DNA of 64,000 nucleotides from Candidatus Omnitrophota bacterium (lineage in GTDB: Bacteria > Omnitrophota > Gorgyraeia > Zapsychrales > Fredricksoniimonadaceae): positions 170,338-234,337 of the forward strand of contig CAWHFJ010000009.1 of assembly GCA_963828495.1 (NCBI GenBank), in the 5' to 3' direction. The notes beneath the pieces are model-generated. The model did not search any database and had not been told where the DNA came from. It saw only the letters and a list, made by a program, of their open reading frames with translations. The stretch's first letter is position 1. Every line of letters begins with the position of its first letter. Below, one piece after another: positions 38,817 to 47,650 of this stretch. A program made the position numbers and the translations under genes.

Positions 38817-40268
38817 ATGAAAGTTCTTGTTTTAAACCCCATGACCCAAAAGACAAAAAATGTTATCCGTGATGTCGTTTATGGGTGCTGGTGCAATGGT
38901 AAGCGTATTGGTGGAGCGAGTGTCCCTCCCTTTATCCTTATCACAATCGCTGCCTTGTTGCGACGGGAAGGGATTAATGCGGATTTTCTTGATGCTCAGG
39001 CCGAACAGATCCCTCCGGATAGAATGTCGGAACGTATCAGCGCGTATGATGTAGTGGTTATGTCGATCTCGACAATGAGTTTCCAGGAAGATGCCAATTA
39101 TCTGTTGGGATTAAAACAATCCCGTCCGGGGTTGACGACAGTCATTTTTGGGTCACATCCGACCTTCATGCCGCGCTACTGCCTGGCTCATACGGGTGTG
39201 GATATTATTGTTAAGCATGACCCTGAATGGATCATCAAGGAACTTATGCTGTTGCTGGCACAGGGAAAAGACTATCACCAGCTAAAAGGTATCGGTTATA
39301 AAAGTAGAGAAGATGTTGTGATCAATGAGGACCATCCGGATACGGATGATCTAAACCAGCTCCCTTTTCCTGACGTGGATCTTTTGCCCAAGGGCATTGA
39401 TTATTTCAACCCCATCGTCAAACGCACACCCTATATGACTACAACGACGAGCCGAGGGTGTCCGGCCAAGTGTACTTTCTGTACTGCGCCGACGTTCCAT
39501 GGAACTGTCGTGAAGTTCCAATCTGCCGAGCGTGTTATCCAGGAGATCGAATATTTTATCAAAAAAGGTATCAAGGAAATTTATTTCCGCGACGACACGT
39601 TTTTTATCAATAAAAAGCGCGACATGGCTATTTTTGAACATATTATTGAAAATAAGCTGGACGTGACTTGGCTTGCCAATGCGCGTGTTAGTCTGATCGA
39701 TGAAAATACAATGAAATTTGCCAAAATGGCGGGCTGTCATACTATTAAATTCGGGATCGAATCCGGCGTGCAGGAAATTCTTGATGGGATAAAAAAAGGT
39801 TACCAGTTGGAACAAGCCCAAGAAGTATTTGGATGGGCCCGCCGGTATGGCATCAAGACTCATGCGCACGTCATGTTGGGTAACCCCGGAGATACGCAGG
39901 AAACCATTAAAAAAACGATCAGGTTTGTATTACGCCTGGACCCTACCACAGCGACCTTTGGCATATGCACGCCATATCCCGGCACGCCGCTGTTTACGAT
40001 GGTGCAAGAAAAATACCCCCAGATCGGTGATGGCAGCAGCTCGGACCTTTCCCATCTACACGTGAAGGGGCTTTTTAATGAACACTTCACAAGCCTGAAG
40101 AAAGAAGAGTTGCGAGACCTCGTTTTCTATGCGTATAGGAGATTTTATTTTAGGCCCACGTACTGGCTGAAATCCTTGTCCTGGCAAATCACGGGCATGG
40201 ATGATGTGAAACGTGTATCGATCGCGGCAACCAACATATTAAACTTTATTGTTAGCGGAGAAAATTAA
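38817..40268 (+). CDS. B12-binding-domain radical SAM enzyme
   Basis: Likely start is MKVLVLNP (ATG 38817, SD AGGAAAGAAG). N-terminal Rossmann-like B12 domain and radical-SAM RGCPAKCTFCTAP. The track ORF begins at 38790. Confidence 0.75.
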   Translation: MKVLVLNPMTQKTKNVIRDVVYGCWCNGKRIGGASVPPFILITIAALLRREGINADFLDAQAEQIPPDRMSERISAYDVVVMSISTMSFQEDANYLLGLKQSRPGLTTVIFGSHPTFMPRYCLAHTGVDIIVKHDPEWIIKELMLLLAQGKDYHQLKGIGYKSREDVVINEDHPDTDDLNQLPFPDVDLLPKGIDYFNPIVKRTPYMTTTTSRGCPAKCTFCTAPTFHGTVVKFQSAERVIQEIEYFIKKGIKEIYFRDDTFFINKKRDMAIFEHIIENKLDVTWLANARVSLIDENTMKFAKMAGCHTIKFGIESGVQEILDGIKKGYQLEQAQEVFGWARRYGIKTHAHVMLGNPGDTQETIKKTIRFVLRLDPTTATFGICTPYPGTPLFTMVQEKYPQIGDGSSSDLSHLHVKGLFNEHFTSLKKEELRDLVFYAYRRFYFRPTYWLKSLSWQITGMDDVKRVSIAATNILNFIVSGEN

Positions 40269-41134
40269 TGAATATTTATACCAATGTTTCTATCGTGATC
40301 CCGGTTTACAATGAAGAAAAGACCATGGAAGAGCTCCTGGGCCGCATATTCAAGGTGTCGCAGGATTTTGAGGTGATTGTCTGCTCCGACGGTTCAACGG
40401 ACAAGACGGCCCTATTAGCTAAAAAGGCAGGAGCGATCGTCGTGGAGCATCCTTACAATATTGGCAATGGGGCTGCCGTCAAAAGCGGGGTTTTGCGCGC
40501 CACGCGGGAATGGGTCGTATGCATGGATGGAGACCTGCAGCATCAACCCGAAGATATCCCAAAACTTTTAGAGTTTCTTCCGCAATATGATATGGTCGTC
40601 GGCGCGCGTACGCCCCAAAGTGCTACGACCATCCACAGAAATATCGGGAACTTCCTCCTTAATCATTTTGCTGAAAATATCATAGGCAATAAGATCGACG
40701 ATTTGACATCCGGTTTCAGGGCCGTAAAACGGCATATTTTTTTAAAATTTATTCATCTTTACCCTTTACGTTATTCGTATCCCTCGACCAGTACTCTGGC
40801 GTTTTTCTGTTCGGGATATTTTGTAAAATATGTCCCTTTGCCGGCCATTACAGTCCGCAACCAAGGCAAGAGCAATCTTAACCCCTGGCGTGATGGCGTA
40901 CGGTTTTTGCATATCATTTTGCGTATTGTTATGACTTTTAACCCGCAAAAAATATTCAATCCTATCGCGGGACTGCTTTTTCTAGGGGGGGTCGGCATTT
41001 CGTTTTATCAGCTCATCATGGGCGGGGCCATCAGAAGTTTGGGCATCATCCTATTGATTTCATCATTGGTTATCTTTTTAAACGGCGTGCTGGCAGAGCA
41101 ACTGGCACAGTTACGCAGGGACCTGAATAAGTAA
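40268..41134 (+). CDS. GT2 polyprenyl-phosphate glycosyltransferase (GtrB/CsbB/DPM1-like) with two C-terminal TM helices
   Basis: IVIPVYNEE, DGSTD and MDGDLQH (DxD). The C-terminal hydrophobic pair is IAGLLFLGGVGISFYQL and LGIILLISSLVIFLNGVLA. Confidence 0.75.
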   Translation: MNIYTNVSIVIPVYNEEKTMEELLGRIFKVSQDFEVIVCSDGSTDKTALLAKKAGAIVVEHPYNIGNGAAVKSGVLRATREWVVCMDGDLQHQPEDIPKLLEFLPQYDMVVGARTPQSATTIHRNIGNFLLNHFAENIIGNKIDDLTSGFRAVKRHIFLKFIHLYPLRYSYPSTSTLAFFCSGYFVKYVPLPAITVRNQGKSNLNPWRDGVRFLHIILRIVMTFNPQKIFNPIAGLLFLGGVGISFYQLIMGGAIRSLGIILLISSLVIFLNGVLAEQLAQLRRDLNK

Positions 41135-41174
41135 TAACGGCGAAGGTTTAAGCCAAGTATGCACGAATTATTTT

Positions 41175-43424
41175 TTAAATAAAGAAGACCGCCGCCACCA
41201 AGACCAAGCCGGCCAAAAAGCAAAAGATATATTTCAGAATAACAACCTGAGGCTGAGTATAAAAAAATCTAACAACGTTCTTCCCGGGATCAATGCGGAC
41301 AGCCCGATAAGCTAAAAAAGCGCGTTCTACTTTTGTCTGCTTTCCGTTGACTTGGGCTTTCCATTGTGGATGCCAATTCTGCGCCACATAAAGCCAAGCT
41401 GACGCAGACAAAGGATTATCCACCTCAAGCACCAATTCATTGGGAGTAAATTTCTGAACTTTAACCGGCACTTCTTCATAATTATTTAATCGAACATCTT
41501 CAGCCTTTGATATGTCCCCTTGAGTCCCGCTTAACAACAACATATCAGGTTTAAAATTTTCTTTCACTATAAGCTTCTTTATTTGCGCATCCGCTAAAAC
41601 GACCGCATTTCTAAAAAGCTGGATCTGTGGCCTAGTGACACCGGACATTTTCCATAAAGGATCCCTGTCTTTGCGATCATTGCCCGCGTCGTAATAGTCG
41701 TGAAGAAATCGGGATATCCCATTGAAAACAAAAGCGTCATAAGATTCACATTGGGTTACATTATTAAATATCGCATAAACCCCTCCCCTCAACAATTGCT
41801 GACTAGAAAAAAACACTTTCGTGTTATCACATTCCAGAGGAGTAAGTTTTCTGAACAAAGATAAATGCAACGGCTGATAACGAAAAAGTTCCATAAAAGG
41901 CACCGGCGCCGTAGAAGTTTTTAACTTCATTTGCTCTGCCCGATAGAAGAAAACATCAACCAACTGTACGCATACAGCGGCTACAACCAGAATGCTTACC
42001 CATTGCTTATCTGACAAGGTATAGATTAAAACAAAAAGGAGGATCAATTCCAAAACAATAGCCATTAAAATATTGGGATGAAAAAATAGTGTCCATGTCT
42101 CAAAAGGAGCTTTGGGAAATGGCGTACTATAATGCACGAGATTGAGCAGCCAAAAATTCATCTTTTGTGAAAATACGCACGCGCCTAAAACAGCGCCTAT
42201 AGATCCCAAAACAAAAAGACCGACTATAAATGGCCGTCTTATCTGAAAATGTGATTCTTTGCTTAGACAATTGCCAAAGAAGGCCTTGAAGCCAAAACCA
42301 GATAAGAAACATAGGAATAATTTCATAATCGGCGTTAAAAGCCCCAGATGACGAAAATAACTCATAAAAGGGACAGTATAGAAAACCAAAACTGCCAATG
42401 GGGACGCGCTGCTGACTAGGCCTAACAAGACGATAGTCCCCAGCAGGGTCTTTTGCCTGCGGCCTTTCAAACAAAAAGCACCGATTATCGCGCAGCACAA
42501 ACCTAAAATACCAAAGTATAAATTTAAATCCAGGGCCGGAGAAACCCCTAAGAATGTTTCATTCCACTTGAAAAAATTATTTTCCCCCCCATAGGACAAA
42601 TATTGCACCAAATCAACATTCCAAGTATTTAAACGGATATCCGCATACTGGACAATGAACGGATCTTTGCCAACCCAAAACGACCATCCCAGAACCCCCA
42701 AAACCCCAATGATCAAAACAATAGGCACAACCCATTTCTTAAAATCTTTACATATAACAACGGGTTTGCCAACACCAGGTGAAAAAAAGAAAAACATGCC
42801 AAAATAAAAAACTAGCGTAAGAATTAAAATAGCCAAGTAACACGCATGAGAAGCTGAAACTTGAATTACCGCAAAAAGGACACCCAACAGCAGCCATCGT
42901 GGTTGAAAAGTTTTAAAGAAAATATGTAAAAAATAAATCACATACGGCAGACAAAAAAATTGATAAAACCCGGATATCGGCTGAGCATAAAGTATGGTGG
43001 TAAGACAAGCCGTCATAGCAACAAAAAAGCATGTCAGTGTGTCACGAAAATAGAACCTGGATAAAAGCCAAACCCCTACCAGGAAAAATACGCGCTCGAC
43101 AAAAAGTCCTATTTGAAAGAATACAAAAAAAGGCACCCCTTTGATCAGCCCCGCTAATACCGGCACTAATTTAAAGAATAACCCGTCGCTATCTTCAATA
43201 AAATACTGCCAAGCCATCGGTTTCCCATAATTCATAAAAGGTGCCCATAGAGGGAGAGAACCCTCAACGACAAAGCCCCGCACATAAAAATAGACATTAC
43301 AAAAAAAATGCGCCATGTCATGAAACCCCACACGGCGCATATAAATTTCATACAATAAAAAAAGAAATTCAATAATAACAATCCCTATTAAGAATTTATT
43401 ACCCCTAGGTCTTGCCCTACGCAT
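41175..43424 (-). CDS. Polytopic membrane protein, YfhO-like (GT-C-type) putative glycosyltransferase
   Basis: 749 aa with more than 10 hydrophobic segments. N-terminal FHDMAHFF..EGSLPLWAPFMNYGKP resembles the YfhO motif. It also has a soluble C-terminal domain and a terminal TM helix. Convergent with the GT2 gene. Confidence 0.55.
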   Translation of the reverse strand: MRRARPRGNKFLIGIVIIEFLFLLYEIYMRRVGFHDMAHFFCNVYFYVRGFVVEGSLPLWAPFMNYGKPMAWQYFIEDSDGLFFKLVPVLAGLIKGVPFFVFFQIGLFVERVFFLVGVWLLSRFYFRDTLTCFFVAMTACLTTILYAQPISGFYQFFCLPYVIYFLHIFFKTFQPRWLLLGVLFAVIQVSASHACYLAILILTLVFYFGMFFFFSPGVGKPVVICKDFKKWVVPIVLIIGVLGVLGWSFWVGKDPFIVQYADIRLNTWNVDLVQYLSYGGENNFFKWNETFLGVSPALDLNLYFGILGLCCAIIGAFCLKGRRQKTLLGTIVLLGLVSSASPLAVLVFYTVPFMSYFRHLGLLTPIMKLFLCFLSGFGFKAFFGNCLSKESHFQIRRPFIVGLFVLGSIGAVLGACVFSQKMNFWLLNLVHYSTPFPKAPFETWTLFFHPNILMAIVLELILLFVLIYTLSDKQWVSILVVAAVCVQLVDVFFYRAEQMKLKTSTAPVPFMELFRYQPLHLSLFRKLTPLECDNTKVFFSSQQLLRGGVYAIFNNVTQCESYDAFVFNGISRFLHDYYDAGNDRKDRDPLWKMSGVTRPQIQLFRNAVVLADAQIKKLIVKENFKPDMLLLSGTQGDISKAEDVRLNNYEEVPVKVQKFTPNELVLEVDNPLSASAWLYVAQNWHPQWKAQVNGKQTKVERAFLAYRAVRIDPGKNVVRFFYTQPQVVILKYIFCFLAGLVLVAAVFFI

Positions 43425-43517
43425 ACACTCTCCCTTACTTTAGCAACAATCGCGGGCTGTAAAAGATTATAGCATTGTCAAACTCCCTTTGTACAAACTA
43501 TCAACAATTTATTCTTC

Positions 43518-43646
43518 AAATTCTCAAAGTCGCCCGCACCATCGCAGATTTAGCAGCCAGCGAATCTATTGAAGCGGCTCCTATGGCCGAGGCGGTGGGG
43601 GGGTTATAGGTCTTTGATGGGGTGGGACAGGATGGGATGATAACAT
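43518..43646 (+). pseudogene. Diverged duplicate of the comM 3' end (last ~30 codons)
   Basis: Aligns with 31774-31888. It reads [29 protein letters not shown], against [35 protein letters not shown] in comM. The two share a downstream GATGGGATGATA(A)CAT. Confidence 0.75.
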
Positions 43647-43677
43647 CCCCGTAGGGGCATCAGATTGGGACCTGCCT

Positions 43678-46116
43678 CTACTTGCCGGAATTCTGATCCC
43701 CAGACAACGCCGCCGTTTGCTGTTGCTGGGCCTGGGCGTCCTCTAATTTTTGGCTTAATACGTTAATCATCCGGGCTTGTTCTTGAATTTTATCCAAAGC
43801 TTGTGTTAATTTTGCGCGGACGGCATCATCGCTTTGGGGTTGTCCCTTCAGTCCCTTCAGTCCCTTCAATTTCTTGATCTGGTCCTGAAGGTCCTTGACC
43901 CACTGGACAGAAATCTTTAATTGAGCCTTCAAGGCCTCCACTTGACTGTCATGGGTTTTACTCTGAAGTTCTCTCTGGGCAGCGTCAAGTCTTTGCGTTA
44001 AGGCACTGACTTGCTTGCGCCAATCCTGCTGGGCCATCTTGGCAAGATATTTCAACCGTAAGATTTCCTTGGTCTTGTCCTCTTGGGTATCCTGACTCTT
44101 GGATAATTCCTGTTGAACGCCTGCCAACTGCTCTTTGAGGCTTTGCAATGCCTTCGTCTGGAGGGCGGCTTTCTTCACTCCGTTTTTCAAAAAGTCAAGC
44201 TCGTCGCTATTCGGCATCCCCTGCAACTTTTGCTGGGCCAAAGCCAATTCCTGGCGCAAGGTCTTGATATCTTCAGCTTTCTCATCCATCCTTTGCTGCA
44301 CCATAGAAAGGCTTAACTCCTTGGCTTGAATGGCCTCATCCCTGTCCATGACATGATTGCGTAATGCGCGCATATCTTCTGTGAGTTTGACGACCTGTCG
44401 CAACTGATCGTTGTAATCATTGTTCTTGGATTCTAATTTTTTCTGATAAATATCCACCATCGCCGTCAATTTATCGGATTCAGCGATCTTATTGGCCAAT
44501 TCTGTTTTTAATAAAGCCACTTTATCCTGTTGGGCGGCCAACTGCTCCTTGAGAGAAGGCATTTCTGCCCTGATCTGGATGGTGTCTTGATGAATTTGCG
44601 CTTTCAGTTTGGTGATTTGATTTTGCCCTTCCTGTGACTGTGTCCTTAAATCCTGTGTCTGGGCTTCCAACTGGTCCTGATTTTTCTCATTAATAATTCT
44701 TTCTTTAAGTTGTGCTTTCAACGCATCCATCTCTTGCTGTTTCTGACTTAACTCATTCTTTAATGTGGCCACCTTGTCTTGCCAATCCATGAACTGCATG
44801 CGATGCCCGGCCAACAAAACTTTCACTCTGTCCTCAAGCGCGGCAAAGTGCCTATCGAAAAGCGCATACGCCTGCTGCATAAGCCTGCTTTTCTCTACTA
44901 ATAAACCCTCTTCCTGTTGCTGCAAATTGATTAACTGCCGCGCCAATGCCCAACGATCCTCCGACGGGAAGGCTCCCTGTTGCTGTTTCTGGGCTAATTG
45001 CCGCCTTAATTGACGCACCTGGTTCTTTAAAGAAATAATACTACTCTGATAGCGATTAAAATCTTGGAGACGCAGGGCAAAATCGTCCTTGACCTTCCGG
45101 ACTTGTTCTTGAAGCCCTTGCAGGGACCCATTAGGCTGTGGGGACGCTAATTGTAAATATTCGACTTTACTCTTGGTTGCGGCCAAAGTCATCTTTAACC
45201 ACCGAATGGCATCATCCTTGGCTTGCAATGCCTCAGCTTGCTGTTGTATCAGTTGCTGTTGTATGAGGCTTTTTCCCATCATTTGCCCATGATTAGCTTG
45301 AACAATAATGGGAGAAATTTGTGTGACCTCAGAGGTTTTAGTATAGGCCACGGGATTCTGTTGGTAGGACAATTCCCTGATGATGGCATCTTTGGAAGAA
45401 ACTTCACTTTGGGCCCTGCTCAAATCGTGTCTTAATTGCGTGATTTCCCAGTCTTTTTGGGCTAAAATCTCATCGAAATGGGCGATCTTTTGGTCCATTT
45501 CACTCAATCTGGCAACAAGTATTTGAATTTTATCCTGTTGCTGTTGTGCTATCTTTCTAAACCCTTCAATGATCACGTCTCTGGGCTGACCGCCTTGGGC
45601 TCTAAGCTTTTCATTCAAAGCCTCCATCTGGTCTTTAAGATCATTCAGTATTTGATATTTCTCTTCGATCAAATTCCTCTTGCTTGCCAAATCCCGATGA
45701 ATGTCTTTCATGTCATCTACAGCCACGGTCAAGTCAATCAAATCACCGTAACGGGAAGACCACCTTTCACCATTGGCCACAATGCGGCCCTGGTCACGGG
45801 ATAAAAGCGCGTCACGGTAACTAAGCATCACCCGATCCATCTTGCGTAGTCCTTCATCCTGCTGGCTGGCTAAGGTGGATTGAATAAGCTTATCGTTTTC
45901 CTCAATAAGCTGTTTAATCGTAATCTCTTCATCCCGATTTTGCCGGTCGCGCTCAAGCATTTGCTGGTTCAATGCCTGCGCATCATAAGGTTGAACAACA
46001 ACAGGCGAAATGGCTACAACATCATTAGCCCAACCTAGCTTGATATTAGAGAAGCCGAAACAAACAATCAACATAACAATCCAAGGATTTTTATTCATAA
46101 ATTCCTTTAATTTCAT
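43678..46116 (-). CDS. 812-aa N-terminally anchored coiled-coil protein
   Basis: Hydrophobic N-terminus (WIVMLIVCFGF), then about 750 aa of Q/E/K/L-rich heptad-like sequence. An alternative ATG at 46098 overlaps the upstream stop (TATGAATAA). Confidence 0.6.
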   Translation of the reverse strand: MKLKEFMNKNPWIVMLIVCFGFSNIKLGWANDVVAISPVVVQPYDAQALNQQMLERDRQNRDEEITIKQLIEENDKLIQSTLASQQDEGLRKMDRVMLSYRDALLSRDQGRIVANGERWSSRYGDLIDLTVAVDDMKDIHRDLASKRNLIEEKYQILNDLKDQMEALNEKLRAQGGQPRDVIIEGFRKIAQQQQDKIQILVARLSEMDQKIAHFDEILAQKDWEITQLRHDLSRAQSEVSSKDAIIRELSYQQNPVAYTKTSEVTQISPIIVQANHGQMMGKSLIQQQLIQQQAEALQAKDDAIRWLKMTLAATKSKVEYLQLASPQPNGSLQGLQEQVRKVKDDFALRLQDFNRYQSSIISLKNQVRQLRRQLAQKQQQGAFPSEDRWALARQLINLQQQEEGLLVEKSRLMQQAYALFDRHFAALEDRVKVLLAGHRMQFMDWQDKVATLKNELSQKQQEMDALKAQLKERIINEKNQDQLEAQTQDLRTQSQEGQNQITKLKAQIHQDTIQIRAEMPSLKEQLAAQQDKVALLKTELANKIAESDKLTAMVDIYQKKLESKNNDYNDQLRQVVKLTEDMRALRNHVMDRDEAIQAKELSLSMVQQRMDEKAEDIKTLRQELALAQQKLQGMPNSDELDFLKNGVKKAALQTKALQSLKEQLAGVQQELSKSQDTQEDKTKEILRLKYLAKMAQQDWRKQVSALTQRLDAAQRELQSKTHDSQVEALKAQLKISVQWVKDLQDQIKKLKGLKGLKGQPQSDDAVRAKLTQALDKIQEQARMINVLSQKLEDAQAQQQQTAALSGDQNSGK

Positions 46117-46474
46117 TTTTTTCTAAGGATTGGGCAGCGATATCGGCCCTCATCCTCATTATTTGATCCTGTAATGTCTTTATGGTCTGTGTCTCGGCCT
46201 CAATGGCCCTTTTCAATGCTCTAGTATCAGAAATATCCGCTTTATTCCCTATCTTCTTAATGTAGGCTAAAGCCTGGGGTTGATGGCTGTCATAGGCCAA
46301 TATGTGCTTGAAAACAGCGGAAGCCTCGTTATAATCCCCGCGATCATAGAGCTTCTGACCATAATCCATCAAGGCATCTATGGTCAAAAATCTCATAGCT
46401 TCCATGTTATTTTGGGCAAAAGCCGCCCCTGCAGTTATAGTGCAAAAAATAAGGGTTAAAATAAGCTTTTTCAT
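46091..46474 (-). CDS. Small secreted TPR-like/coiled-coil protein
   Basis: Signal peptide MKKLILTLIFCTITAGAAFA and one TPR-like unit (YDRGDYNEASAVFKHILAYDSHQPQALAYI). Translationally coupled to the coiled-coil gene. Confidence 0.5.
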   Translation of the reverse strand: MKKLILTLIFCTITAGAAFAQNNMEAMRFLTIDALMDYGQKLYDRGDYNEASAVFKHILAYDSHQPQALAYIKKIGNKADISDTRALKRAIEAETQTIKTLQDQIMRMRADIAAQSLEKNEIKGIYE

Positions 46475-46668
46475 AATATTATAACCTATTACATTTCAAT
46501 GTGTTAGGAGAGGTTTTCTCAAGAAATGCCCGTTTCCCCCTCCTAACGGCACATCGAGGGGAAGTATAACATCCAAAAGGTGGCGTTGTCAAGGTGACCA
46601 CTTTTGCGGAAATCAAATGAATAGGTATGAGAAAGCCGGAGAATTGCGGATAATAGGCAGGTTTTAGA

Positions 46669-46953
46669 TCATACGCCCCGCGTGGTTCGGGTCATTTTGT
46701 AAGCATAAACATAATGCGGCTTATCTCCACCGCCAGATCCGCCTTTACAGCCTTTCTTAAGAAAAACAGCTTCAATACTTTTAGCCATGATTTCGGAACC
46801 GGCATCCCGGTATATCCATGCCCCGTCCCCTTGGCTGACATTATGGGCTTCGAATAACCGTTGATTGGGATTGGCGGCAATCCCTACATACCATTCGCGA
46901 TACCCTTTGCCACATTTATGAATGCGGTTATCAATTTCTGATTCAATACCCAT
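46669..46953 (-). CDS. Small hypothetical protein with a possible GIY-YIG-like core
   Basis: 94 aa. GYREWYVGIAANPNQRLFEAHNV..SIEAVFLKKG loosely follows the GIY..YIG..R..H..E spacing. Assignment is weak. Confidence 0.3.
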   Translation of the reverse strand: MGIESEIDNRIHKCGKGYREWYVGIAANPNQRLFEAHNVSQGDGAWIYRDAGSEIMAKSIEAVFLKKGCKGGSGGGDKPHYVYAYKMTRTTRGV

Positions 46954-47121
46954 AACATGACCCTTCCCTAAAAATTAAAAAATCGACTTGCTGGTGACTG
47001 GCGGCAGATGAACAAAGGAGTGTCTTTTGTGATGTGATCAGTTCAGATATATTATATAAATACATTATACTTGAGGGCGGGCGATCCGTCAATCTATTTG
47101 AATCCCTCTATTGCCTATACA

Positions 47122-47568
47122 TCACCTTTTATTCTTATTTTCCACATAAAACGACACCAACACATTAATGCGTTTTAAAAGGTCCTTAATGAGGACATCC
47201 CCGGGACGGCTGTTGATGTCCTTTTGGGAACGGCCGGCAATAATTTCATCCAACTCGTGGGTAATGCGCCCAAAGGCGCCCACCATATTGAGTGAAATAA
47301 CATACGCTCCTATCATGGATAAACCGAGGACTAAACACATCAAAAAACCTATCAACCATGGGAACCGGAAAATAAGCCTTTCCATGGCGACAAAGGACCT
47401 GTGAAATAAGGCATCGGAAATGCCCGGATTAGCAATAAAAACGATGCAGAGAAATAATAAAAACATCAAGATGGAAGGAAGAAATGTCAGAAGGATTATT
47501 GTGGCCTGATATTTATTGGCTATTGAAAAAATATCCCTTGATTTATTTCCAGAAGCAGCTTTTAGCAT
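47122..47568 (-). CDS. Two-TM membrane protein with a HAMP-like C-terminal segment
   Basis: 148 aa, with two hydrophobic helices followed by VGAFGRITHELDEIIAG. Located directly downstream of the 1281-aa gene. Confidence 0.35.
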   Translation of the reverse strand: MLKAASGNKSRDIFSIANKYQATIILLTFLPSILMFLLFLCIVFIANPGISDALFHRSFVAMERLIFRFPWLIGFLMCLVLGLSMIGAYVISLNMVGAFGRITHELDEIIAGRSQKDINSRPGDVLIKDLLKRINVLVSFYVENKNKR

Positions 47569-47650
47569 AGAGCTCCCCCCTTTTGGGTTTTATACCTTCC
47601 CTCATATTATAAGGCCAATAGGAAAAATTTTGCAAATAATCACAAATTTA

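Noticed and set aside
43842-43868. Three tandem 9-bp units GTCCCTTCA.
   Set aside because: They lie in frame inside the coiled-coil gene and encode (LKG)3. This is ordinary low-complexity coding repetition.
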